Assembly (NCBI GenBank): GCA_043228905.1
Contig: JBHGNT010000007.1
Span: 22,258,001 to 22,322,000, forward strand
Direction of reading: 5' to 3'
DNA length: 64,000 bases
DNA from: Azolla caroliniana
Lineage: Eukaryota > Plantae > Polypodiophyta
Positions within the stretch are counted from its first letter, which is position 1; every line of letters starts with the position of its first letter. This document shows, piece by piece, positions 13,001-23,333 of this stretch. Made by a program: the position numbers and the translations under genes. The notes below the pieces were generated by a model that saw nothing but the letters and a program-made list of their open reading frames with translations, ran no database searches and was not told the origin of the DNA.

Positions 13001-14345
13001 AAGATGTGAAATGCTCAAGATGTGAAATGCTCTCAAGAATAGCCTCCATTTCATTATGTCTCAAGTTACATTTTATAGACTCTCTCTTAGCGTGGAGGGT
13101 GTTCTCCCGCTCCAATTAGCTCTACTAATTATGGGGCTTGGTGGGGGCCTAGTTTGGGTGTGGTGCATGAGGCTTGGTAGGGGCCTAATTTGGGTGTGGT
13201 CTATGTGTGGTGCATGGGGCTTGGTAGGGGCCTAATCTAGGTGTGGTCCATGTGACCACCACAGTATAATGCCTTCATTTAACCAAGTTAATAGTTTGAT
13301 CATATGAATATTGAGAAGGACAGGAGAAAATGAATACATGAATGAACTGAACCCCAACAAAAATTTGTTGTGTTGATACAAACACTAAGAATTATTCAAC
13401 TCTCGTTAAGATTGGAGCTCTGGCAGCCATAATGAGAATACCATCATCAAGAAACAGGCTTACTCTTGCAGAAGAAGGTTAATGAAGAATTCTTGACTTC
13501 ACCATCTGCATTTTAATATTTACAGTGGCCACAACACTTCAATTGCTCTTTTCTTATAAGGGAAATCTTACTTAGATTATCACATGCATCAAACTCTCAT
13601 ATTAAGCACACAATCATATGGCAAAAACATTATTAGTACTCAAATGTAAATAATCACTGCACATCAATAGTCATATGTCATCAATAAAAAACCATATAAT
13701 GTTAATTTCTGGTTCTGGAATATGAATATGTACCATCATTTCACATTCAACGTATTCATCTGCCACACATTTGCACTCTACCTGCAGTTAACAAACCAAC
13801 TAAATATCATCAACATTTTTTAACTGACAAACTGAATTTAATTATGACAGTAAATCCAAAATACATATTGTGAAACAAGAACAGAAAATTGAAGAGAATT
13901 TGTCACAATCTAACTAAATCGTTAAGAACTAACTTTGGTCAAGTTTACTAGAGTTGAAACATCTAAGAGGGATGAAGGCACGGCTTTTTGTACCATAAAA
14001 AATCCTCGGCACCAAACCAAGTGGGAGAAGTTCTAAATATATCCATATTTATCAATATCTAGAATAAGTAGATGTTTTTATTGACAGTCCAGTCAACACA
14101 CATCGTGAGGAGATGCTTGACATGCTGCATAGAGATTGTTTCATAAAACCTTCTAAAATTTTCTAAAAGCAAATATTTGGATTCCATGAAACTACTTTAG
14201 CCAAAATACTACACATTTATGAATAAAGGAAACTCACACATTTAGTGAGACGAATGTTCCCTGGGGAGTATTGAACATATACTTCATTGATTGATGTACC
14301 ACAATGCACACAGCACATACGGCTTTCTAATCCATCTTTTCCCAT
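4095..14345 (-). CDS. ARV1: ARV1-like ER membrane protein (sterol/lipid homeostasis), 9 coding exons
   Basis: Exons are 14345-14238 (MGKDGLESRMCCVHCGTSINEVYVQYSPGNIRLTKC), 13781-13734 (VECKCVADEYVECEMM), 7820-7731 (IILIDLILHKSEVYRHLFFN), 7644-7599, 7481-7399, 7300-7203, 4730-4661 (LLSSYFKLFTFAMM), 4351-4276 (VWEFSP..FILSSNTIAIK) and 4192-4095. All introns are GT-AG with consistent phases. The Arv1 zinc-ribbon and AHD motifs are clear. An alternative last exon at 3875-3818 is possible. Confidence 0.92.
5223..5725. repeat. Tandem duplication of about 252 bp inside an ARV1 intron
   Basis: tcattcagattctagttcata...taccctagacc occurs at about 5223 and about 5475 with few mismatches. Confidence 0.9.
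6370..6620 (+). mobile_element. Degenerate non-LTR retrotransposon ORF2 fragment (RTE-X-like)
   Basis: TLVAPALLYGVQLW...STPHELARAVLG resembles the TLVTPVLLYGVEVW...QTPYTLLLLEMG segment of the element at 31 kb. Confidence 0.55.
7482..7598 (-). other. Probable U12-type (minor spliceosome) GT-AG intron in ARV1
   Basis: The 5' splice site is GTATCCAT (consensus RTATCCTT). A branch-site-like TTTCCCTTAAT lies about 20 nt before the AG, and there is no polypyrimidine tract. Confidence 0.65.
8424..8666 (-). repeat. 3' LTR of the intronic Gypsy element
   Basis: Direct repeat of 13021-13263 with TG...CA ends. Confidence 0.95.
8691..11993 (-). pseudogene. pol: Gypsy pol (protease, RT, RNase H, integrase) with one in-frame stop
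   Basis: Motifs are LLDSGS (PR), YLDD (RT), TDAS/EKE/TDH (RH), HDHPLSGH..CNLC, SDRGPQF, HPQTNGLTER and WIGPF (INT). ORFs 9633-11993 and 8691-9626 are in the same frame, split by TGA at 9633-9635 (EIVG*DIMGP, where W is expected). Confidence 0.93.
11993..12944 (-). pseudogene. gag: Gypsy gag with CCHC zinc knuckle and an apparent frameshift near its 3' end
   Basis: Contains PKPFSGLPSEDVLSWLDHFE and CFYCNNYGHIRRHC. The reading frame stops at 12027, while an alternative frame continues to ..SELPEN* at the GGAAAAC-TAATG gag/pol junction. Confidence 0.85.
13021..13263 (-). repeat. 5' LTR of the intronic Gypsy element
   Basis: Direct repeat of 8424-8666. Confidence 0.95.
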
Positions 14346-16879
14346 CTATGAAGCTGTTTGATAATCTGATCAAAGAAGTTCTAACCAATTATTAAAAAAC
14401 ATACACATCTCTCCTCTCCCTCTCTCTACCCTGTGCATTATCAGAATCAACCTTTGTTATCATACAATTGCAACAAATTGAATGAAACACCACAAGAAGA
14501 GCTATTTAAAACAAAAAAGAAAGTGAATGATTTGGAATCAACATATCAATGTCGAAATCATGAGGATTCAAACTCAAAAAGTTAATGGTTAGAGCAAGCA
14601 ATAAGTCAAGGCTAACAATAACCCTTGTATATGCAGAAAATCCCTGAAATACATAGACACAATCAACATGCATATGCACTTTAAATAAACTTAAGGTAGA
14701 GATTACTGTAATTATATGTCTTACGCAGCATAAATTTAACACATAAATTTACCTCCTAAGAGATTTCGAATTAATAAAATAATGGTTCAAACACCATAGG
14801 TGAAACACAATAGAAAAAATACTTTCTTCTTGAATGTAAAAGACATACAGATATAGATACCCTTGAATGATCGAAAATTTCATCCTAAATGTATAAGAAT
14901 AATAGAACTTGTGATCATCAGTGTACAAATACACAGACATAGGCACCTTGGAATAATGTAAATTATCAAAAAAGCACGACGATATTTTCCTAATACCTAT
15001 CAACATGAGGATAAAGACACAGATATTCGTCGCCCCTGGGTCACTTGAATGGATAGAATTGTAGATGAATCATTATAACTTTTTCTCTCCAAAACTGGCG
15101 GCTGTTCATGCCTAGGACGTCCACACAACCAGCAAAAGCAGTCATTTCTCCAATCTTACCATTGAAGTTATGGTTCAAACTCAATAACATTAGTTACTTG
15201 AATTCGAGAGTGGATTTTACATTTGAAGAATAAATCGAATGTTACATAAACTTATAGTCTACAGATATATTGCAATAGATCCCGTTTTATTAAACAAGGC
15301 TTTGTTCATTTGTATATACAATGCCTCCATTTTATCAAAATTCTCAAGAACACCATTCCGTCCAGATACCACCAAGATGCCAAGCAATTATAGGTAAATC
15401 ATGATTTGCCATTACTTGGGTAAATAATATGGTTAAATCCTAGAGTCAGAATTGAGTGTATGAGTAGAAGGAATTGCTGCTGTTCAGCTGGAAAGGCAGG
15501 CTTTCGAAAGGAGTCACAACTCTGCTCACATATTTACCCTCCCAAGCACTTATTGAGGAGGGAAAACAAGATTTGAACCAGAAATTCTAGGGAGAGGAAA
15601 AGGTTGCACTCGTGATCCCACACATACCTATGAGTAACATTCACAAGCATGGTTGTTACCCATGCTTGAGTAGATGGTGTTTAACGCCATTCAAGCATGG
15701 GCAACAAGATCAGAACCAGAAATTCTAGGTAGAGGAAAAGGTGGCATACACATGATCTTATGCATACCTAGGAGTAGCATTCACAATTCCACAGTTCTCC
15801 TTATCGGACACTGCCTGTGCTCAGCTTTCTCATGGATATGCAACCCTTGGTGCTCTTGAAAGAAAATGAGCACATATACAGTTCCAAAGAGCCTCGAACA
15901 AAATTGCAGCTATTTGATACACTTGTCAAATAGTGCAGCCCAAATAATCATTGAGGCACTATTCAGTTATCAGTATCCAAAGGCTTTGGGAGCTCCCTGT
16001 ACAAACGGTACTCAAGGTTGGCACTTATGTCATCAAAACAACTAATTGGACACAGACATAATCATATTGGTATATTGAAATGCAACAAAGGTTTGAGTAA
16101 CATGGCATAAGCATAAATGTACTACCCCCCCCATACCAATAAAATTTGGATTGCCCCCATCTAAACATGACCAAAGTGGAAAAGACCAAAGTGACATACA
16201 TTGATATCATCAAATTGGATAATGGAAGAACATGGATCAGCCCCATAACATCTCTTGGCCTGAAGATGGCCTATTATAAGGCATACTTTTTACATGGATT
16301 CACACTTAACACATGGATAAGGATGTGCAAATTCATCATGTGATGACTCTTTTCTTTTTGGGTACAAGAACGTGTAGCACAGGCCACTATGAAAGAAGGG
16401 CATATTGAAGAGACCTTAAAGTCGAAACAGGCCGCCAAAAAAAACCATTATCAGTACATAAGGCAGAAAACGCTTTTCACATACCGAGGTCAGAATGGGA
16501 TCGGGTGTTTCACGTGTTACAAAGATGCCCAGACGGGAATATCTTCATGGTTAGACTGCTCAATAGAAGAAGTCGAGGGATCAGACCAAATGGTTGGTCC
16601 GTCTCTCGAGACAGACATCCAAACCCATAACAAAAAATCGATGGATAAGACGTGCTGGTGTACAATGTTCTGCGTCCCATGAATAACTTACACTTCTTAA
16701 GGAAGGTTCGTCCAAGATGCGTACATGAAGCCAATCAATTCATAGATACAATCCAGACAAGAACGACTTGCTCCTTATATTATATACTTCAATCAATTGT
16801 TTCACAAAAAAAAAAAAAACATGCAATGAAAAAATTGGTATTATGTTCCAGAAGGGGTTCATCAAGGAAGAATGGTAAA

Positions 16880-17757
16880 GTTCAGTATGTGATGCCAGTT
16901 TTCAACTACATGATTGAAATCATTACATAGGATGTTAATCAAATCATGATATGATGCCAATCAAATCAGATAGCCCATTGTGTAATGCAAAACAAATCCT
17001 TGTGTAATGCTTATGAATCATTATATCATAGTAATGAATCATTTCAATTATCACGCCATGCTAATCAAATTATTTAAATCATTATGAGATGTCAAAAGAT
17101 AATTTAAATTCCACATTCACCAATTAAATGGCTCTTTCGCCAAATATTCAGCATGCCATGACAAACCCACGTTAAATCAAATAATGATAATAAAATCTTC
17201 AATAATAATTGAAAGATGTAATAATCAAGAAAGACCTTCTATAATGATGTATCCATAAAGAAATTCCTTAAGTAAACATGAAACAAACAAGGACTCACTC
17301 AAACCAAAGAAAACCTCAAGCATGTTCTCGAATTAAAACCACATTTTCTGAACCCTAATCGAGTATTTTCTGATTTCGAGCTAGATTTTCCCGAACCCTG
17401 ATTATTCGTTTTTCCTGATTATTTTGGGCCACAAATTTTTTCTGGGGGAAAAAGGACGAACAAAAACCCAAGTAACATACGTGCCTACCTTTGATGGAGG
17501 AAGAGCCTATTTGGGCGATGGCAGGGAGCTGGAGATTCACCCGTTGGTTATGCTTGTTAGGACCTGCAGACAGGGGGAGGGGGAAAATCTACACGGCCAA
17601 ACCAAGACTGATCGGACCAAGGAAGAAATCAAAAACCCACCATGCATTGCACTGCACTGCAAGACATCAGAATCAGTTGAGGGAGAAGGGCTAACTAATA
17701 TGCAGGGCTCGATACCCCCCACCCCTAAGTTTTGTATAATTGCAAGAATACCCCTGA
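16880..17757 (-). promoter_or_regulatory. Copy B of the duplicated 5' module; probable ARV1 promoter, first non-coding exon and intron 1
   Basis: Homologous to 1398-2270, with donor AAAG|GTAGGC at 17489/17488. Further donor- or acceptor-bounded non-coding segments at about 16485-16750 and 15769-15997 lie before the ARV1 ATG exon. Confidence 0.6.
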
Positions 17758-17781
17758 GCCTCCTAGAGTTTGCAATTCTTT

Positions 17782-18094
17782 GAGAATTATTTCCCAAAAT
17801 GCCCCTCTTGTTTTTTTTTACAGCATTTGCCTGGAGTGTGCCCCAGTCTCCGCGAATTCGCGAGATTTTACAGAGAAAATTCGAACTTGAATGTTTTATT
17901 TAAAGTCGGAGAATGCATTCTTGAAATCCTCTGAATGCCCCTCGGAGAATATTCCCTGAAAATGCCCCTCTTGTTTTTTATTTTATAGAGCGTGCCCAGT
18001 CTCCGCGAATTCGCGAGATTTATAGAGAAAATTCAAACAGAGTGTTTTGTTTAAAGTCAGACAATGCATTTTTTAAATCCTCTGAATGCCCCTC
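17782..18094. repeat. About 160-bp tandem duplication, each unit carrying the palindrome CGCGAATTCGCG
   Basis: aaaatgcccctcttgttttt...cccagtctccgcgaattcgcgagatt...aaatcctctgaatgcccctc occurs twice, with palindromes at 17851-17862 and 18004-18015. Confidence 0.85.
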
Positions 18095-21000
18095 TTTGAG
18101 CTCTATGAAATTCTTGGGCATACCTCGCTTGACATCTCCTCTCCACAAAAAACATGGGTTTGCGGAGAGTCTAGAGAGTGAACGAATTTTTTTACTAGAA
18201 ATTGTAGTTAATGAGAGAGGGCGAGGGGGGTATTTTGGAGGTTTTTGAAATGATAAAGGTATTTTAACTCTATGAAGTGCGAGACAGAGAGAAAATTGCA
18301 TCGTCCTCTACATGGTTATGAGCATTTTAAGAAATCTTTTGGAGTACATGATGGGTAACCCCCCAACCAAGCCTTTGCATTTAGATCATATTTGGATTTA
18401 GTGAGCCTCATGTTGATTCATGGGAGTGGGTGTTGTTGGGGTAAAATATTGGAGGAAGGGACTAGTCACCAGCATTGGTGACATGGGGTGTTCTACGAGT
18501 GGTCCTTGTGTGAACCTCCCATTAGGTGCCCGCAAACAATCATTAGGGCATCACATCATTAGGTGCCCTCCTATCATGAATGCTCTGCATCACTTATAGT
18601 ATTGCGAACTCCATTTATTTAAGTAGGGGCACTTCATGACCCGTAGAATGGCCTTGGCATGCAATAGGGAACTTTGATGTTTTCGTGTACCACATGGCCT
18701 ATTGGACGTTTTATTCGTTTATGGGGTGCAACTAACAATATTAGGGATACTAGGGTTTGCTTGGGGTTGTAGGTAGTCATTATCATCAACATTTGGAGAT
18801 TTACATGCAATCCTCAAATATCATAATTTATACCAAACGAGGTTGAATGATGGGCATGCATGTATAAGGTATTAGAAAGTTTTACGTGTGGGACCATATA
18901 ACTCATTAATGGATCTATTCATTCGTTTGTTATATAACGTTTTCCCTCTAGGTTCACACCTATTGTGGAAGCTTTTGGGTGTGTAAATGTAGTTGGCACC
19001 ATTTCCTTCACTTCATGCTTGAGCAAAATAGTTTATCCATTGGGTTCTACTAAGTTCCCCACCTAGTGAAGCTTGAGGTGAACAAGTGTTGAAAACGAAG
19101 AAGATTGAGACCATCACATTTGTAGTCGCAATGAACCATGCAACAATGAACAAGATGAGAGAAATATTAGGAGAGAATCAAGACCGTTGTAATCGTGATT
19201 AAGATGAGAAACGTGACAAACATCGAGACCATGAGAGAAGGGATTGAAATGACGGGGTTGCAATCATGATGAGATACACAACGATGAAGTAGATGATAGA
19301 ATGTCAAAAGAAAGTCACGAACACAATAGAAGGTTAGAATAGGATCATCACGATCATTGCAATTATGTCCATGATGAGCCATGGAAGAAATATCCAGACC
19401 ATCATAGTTGTAGTCATGATGAGCAATGGAACTACAAAGAAAATGACAAAAAGGTCAAATGAGAGTCGATGTCATAGGAGAGAGTTGAAAAATGATAGAG
19501 ATCACGAAATGATGTTAGAGTGGATCATGATCGTATATAGTCATGGTTTTGTGTGATGATGGTGTGTTTTGTGGTGATGAATATAAGGGTTTGGGTGAAT
19601 CAAAAGGCAATAATGATGAATGTGTGCATCGTTTAAGCATACACGAAAACATGTTCATGCCTCAAACACATTTGCTCACTTCAAAGTTCACGTTATTTGG
19701 GTCTTGCACTTGCTTGATAGTGGATTAACAATGTCCAATCTATTGACACTTTTATTCCTCTTCCGTCCCTCGAGAAAATATACTTATTATGCTTATGTAA
19801 CTTTTTATATCACCCATAGCTTTGGCTCGTGCCTAAAAAGTGGCAAGTTATGAGATTCAACTTGTCAAGACTCTATGATTACTACAGATTTATGGGTGCT
19901 TTGTATGTTGGATCAACTCTCTAAAAAGTCGGGTTCATTTCTATAACCCCTTTCTATCTCTCTAAAAGCCCTTCTCATAACCTCACGAAAACCTTGTTTT
20001 TTATCTGTAACTCTTTCCCATTTCTATGAAAACTTTTATTTTGACTCGATATAAGTCTTATTTCATGTCATTAATCCCTTGTCATGTGCAGCTTGAATTT
20101 GCTTCTTATTTGAACATAGGTACAACATTGTTGAAAACTTGACAATGCCAATATACGAGGTTCTTGCCACACACTTATCGGTATGATAAATCATGGTAAT
20201 GGTCTCTGTAGGATGATAATACATGATTACCATCGTCATCTAAGTCAAAACTTACACGGTCATGTCACTAGACTATAGATGATGATGATAATACATCACC
20301 CATGTGCCGATTAATCCATTGTTTCTCACTAGCTTTGTTTTAGATAGTCTCTCTACCATGACCTCAACTATCCCCTCCCACTTCTGTCTTTCTCGACCAC
20401 AAACTCTCTCACCAAGATGTGAGGGGTTAATATCCTCAACGTGTATCTAAATAGTCTCAATGTTTGACGTTAGAGGATGATGGGTCAAATTCTAACTATT
20501 TATGACATACGAGGACAACAACAAAATCTATCAGTGCATATGCATATCTCCCTTTCTTTTCACTCAGAAATTGAACATAGAGAGATGGAAATATAAAGAT
20601 ATGATGTTACATACAAATGTGTAATATAATACACAAATAATCGTTACCACGTTGAAAGATCGACAAAAAATGGTAATATTTTTTTCAATGTTGTTGCATT
20701 GTAATTCTTAGCTAATATTATTTCTAATATCCATTAATGCTTAATATTGAAATTATTTTTATGATCTTAAATTAGGGCAACTTAATATGAATTTTGATTT
20801 TGTATTTACTAGATTTTTTCAACATTTACTAGATTTTTTTTATCACTATAGTGAATTTCATGAAAGGATTTCTCTATCTATATTCATATCGCACCCTTGC
20901 TGACGAGTTCTGAATTAATACAAGCATAGCGGATTACCATTGCAAGTTGCTATGATGTTTTGTCGCTATTGTAATATGTTGCAAATTTTATCTCTTGTAG

Positions 21001-22835
21001 GCACACTTTTATTATAAGAAAAGAACCTCGTCATATTGTAACAATTTTATTTATCGACTCTTGGTTTCAAATGAATTCTTTACCGTTTTCAAGGTTAAAG
21101 ACATATAGTAAATGCCTTTAATGGAAATCATGTGATTCCTCCAATAAGATTCAAAACAAAATCAAATTTCAGATGATTATGGATGAAGTTATCAAACACA
21201 TTATTATTCTATACACCCTCATGAAAGATATGATATTGAATTTGCATACATATAAAGTATTTCTTCTACAAACAACGATTGTAGGGATTTTCGTGAAAAT
21301 AACGTTTCTATTATTCACCAAAATTATGACCTTCACGAGGTGTTGATTTTAATAGATTTGTTAGAGACATTAATTTGCATATTATGATTTTCATGAAATA
21401 ATGAAAGCTTTTCGATCTAATATCATAACGTAAAGCATGTACTTCATCAAAGTGCAATAAAATGACATATCTTGTGCATATGTTATGCTGTCTTTCATGT
21501 ACACATTTTGTTAAATATTGATAATATACATTTCATCATAAAGCATTCTACTTCAAAGGAGGAGTAATTAGTCTCGTTACGAAAAAATGAATGCAAATGC
21601 TTTTGAAATTTATAGGTATTGGCCAATAAGAAAACAATTAACCTGTTGGCACAGACATTAATGGATTATGAACCAAATCTTACCGATTTAGATAGGTCTA
21701 TTGGTGTTCAAATAGCATCAAAATCATGTGAATTGATTAATCTATGAAACAACTATAGCGTGGTGCACATCTATCATTTCTCGATCCTTGTTGCGCCCAC
21801 AACTTATGGCACATGTACATCAGGGGCCATTAGTTACATGTATAGATTTGTAAGGTATAATTATATGCCTCATCTTAATTTTGAGGTGATTAGGGTATCA
21901 AACATCGGCCAAACAAATCTGGGTAGCTTTGAGAATACGCAAGCATAAGCTTTCGAATTCCTAACACACATATAATCATAGTTAGGTAACAACTCTTTTT
22001 ACTTTACCACAATCGGGCAATTTTGGCATTTATCTCGATTTTCATTAACAGTCACGAGACCGAGGTTCTATATAAATTCAAAACAAACTTCCATAGGATC
22101 AATGAAGACGGATTCGTTGTGCATGCCATACATTTATGTGGATCACATCGACACTTATGAACCAACCCTCTCCTCTCTCTCTCTCAAGTCTCTATCTCTA
22201 CGTAATAATCTCTAGATATGTCCGAGTCATAATCTGCTACACTCGCCTCCAATGTTCATTGGGTAAAAACTCTGGGGCATCTGGAGTCACTTATCCATGT
22301 CCACATAATCATACACACACACATAGACAAAATACTTGAGAAAGCCGAAGAAAACATAGCCTTCAGATTCGAGCCCGAGACCCCGAATTCCGATGTCATG
22401 GGTCCCACAATAAAATCTTAACATATGAAACCATCTCCATCAAGTTTCAACCATTTTTTTTAAAAACCTCTGTTTTTCATTGTTATAACTTATAATTAAG
22501 TGTTGTGAAGAAACCCCCCATTGTCAAGAAGCAGGGGATTTCTGAAGTAGAAACTACTTGCTTCATATTTTGGGCTCAAACCTTCACATGATTTAGCTCA
22601 ATCTATGTGCAGAGGTAACCCCCCCCCCCCCCCCTCTCTCTCTCAAATGCTCCAAAATAGACATTTTCAGCCCACATTACAAACAATTTGTCCTAACAAT
22701 ACAGCAATTTTTTGTTTGTTTGTTTGTGATAAAGCTTCTAGTATAAGATTAATGAAGTCTTTAGCGTTTCAAAAAGAAATCTAATCCATTTACTCAATAT
22801 AGTTGATGCACTCAATCATGACGAGTCAATGTAGT

Positions 22836-23120
22836 TACCAATCATGGTTAAATTATTTGTTAAGCATTGAACTACTTGAATATATATGGACATGTATATA
22901 CATAATGCATTTGTATATAATGTATATGTATGTGCGTATCTATATTGATATGTATCTGTATATATATGTGTGTTATGTAGTTACTAATCATGGTTAAATT
23001 ATTTGTGAAGCATTGAACTACTTGAATATATATGGATATGTATATACATAATGCATTTGTGTATAATGTATATGTATGTGCGTATCTATATTGATATGTA
23101 TCTGTATATATATGTATATC
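22836..23120. repeat. About 147-bp AT-rich tandem duplication upstream of the MYB gene
   Basis: aatcatggttaaattatttgt.aagcattgaactacttgaatatatatgga occurs at about 22840 and about 22987. Confidence 0.85.
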
Positions 23121-23333
23121 TGTACGCATATGCATATGCATATGCGTATCTGTTGGTATATGATATGATAAGCATAGGTATTAGGTAAACTTTTGCTAGA
23201 TTTTTCCCTGAACCTTGCATCCTTCATATATTTCTGTAAATAAAATCGGTTTCTAATTTTTTTTTGACATATCGCTCCAACACAAGAGAGACCACCCTTT
23301 TTATTTCTAACTCGTTTGTAGATTATCTGTGCT

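Larger units (their letters stand above)
8424..13263 (-). mobile_element. Full-length Ty3/gypsy LTR retrotransposon (4.84 kb) in an ARV1 intron
   Basis: It has 243-bp TG...CA LTRs at 8424-8666 and 13021-13263 with no mismatch seen, and a 4-bp TSD GTAT (8420-8423 / 13264-13267). The PBS TGGTGGAGAAGACGGGC is tRNA-Ala-like, and the PPT AAGGGGGAAT abuts the 3' LTR. Domain order is gag-PR-RT-RH-INT with no chromodomain. Confidence 0.97.

Noticed and set aside
12945-13115. N-terminal extension of gag starting inside the LTR
   Set aside because: The ORF caller used a non-ATG start, and the open frame crosses the 16-bp LTR/PBS duplication. Gag more likely starts at MQHDNN or MNPEF.
18300-21700. Possible genes or TE ORFs in the ARV1-FLP intergenic region
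   Set aside because: There are only short ORFs with no motifs. It is probably decayed repeat sequence that I cannot classify by eye.
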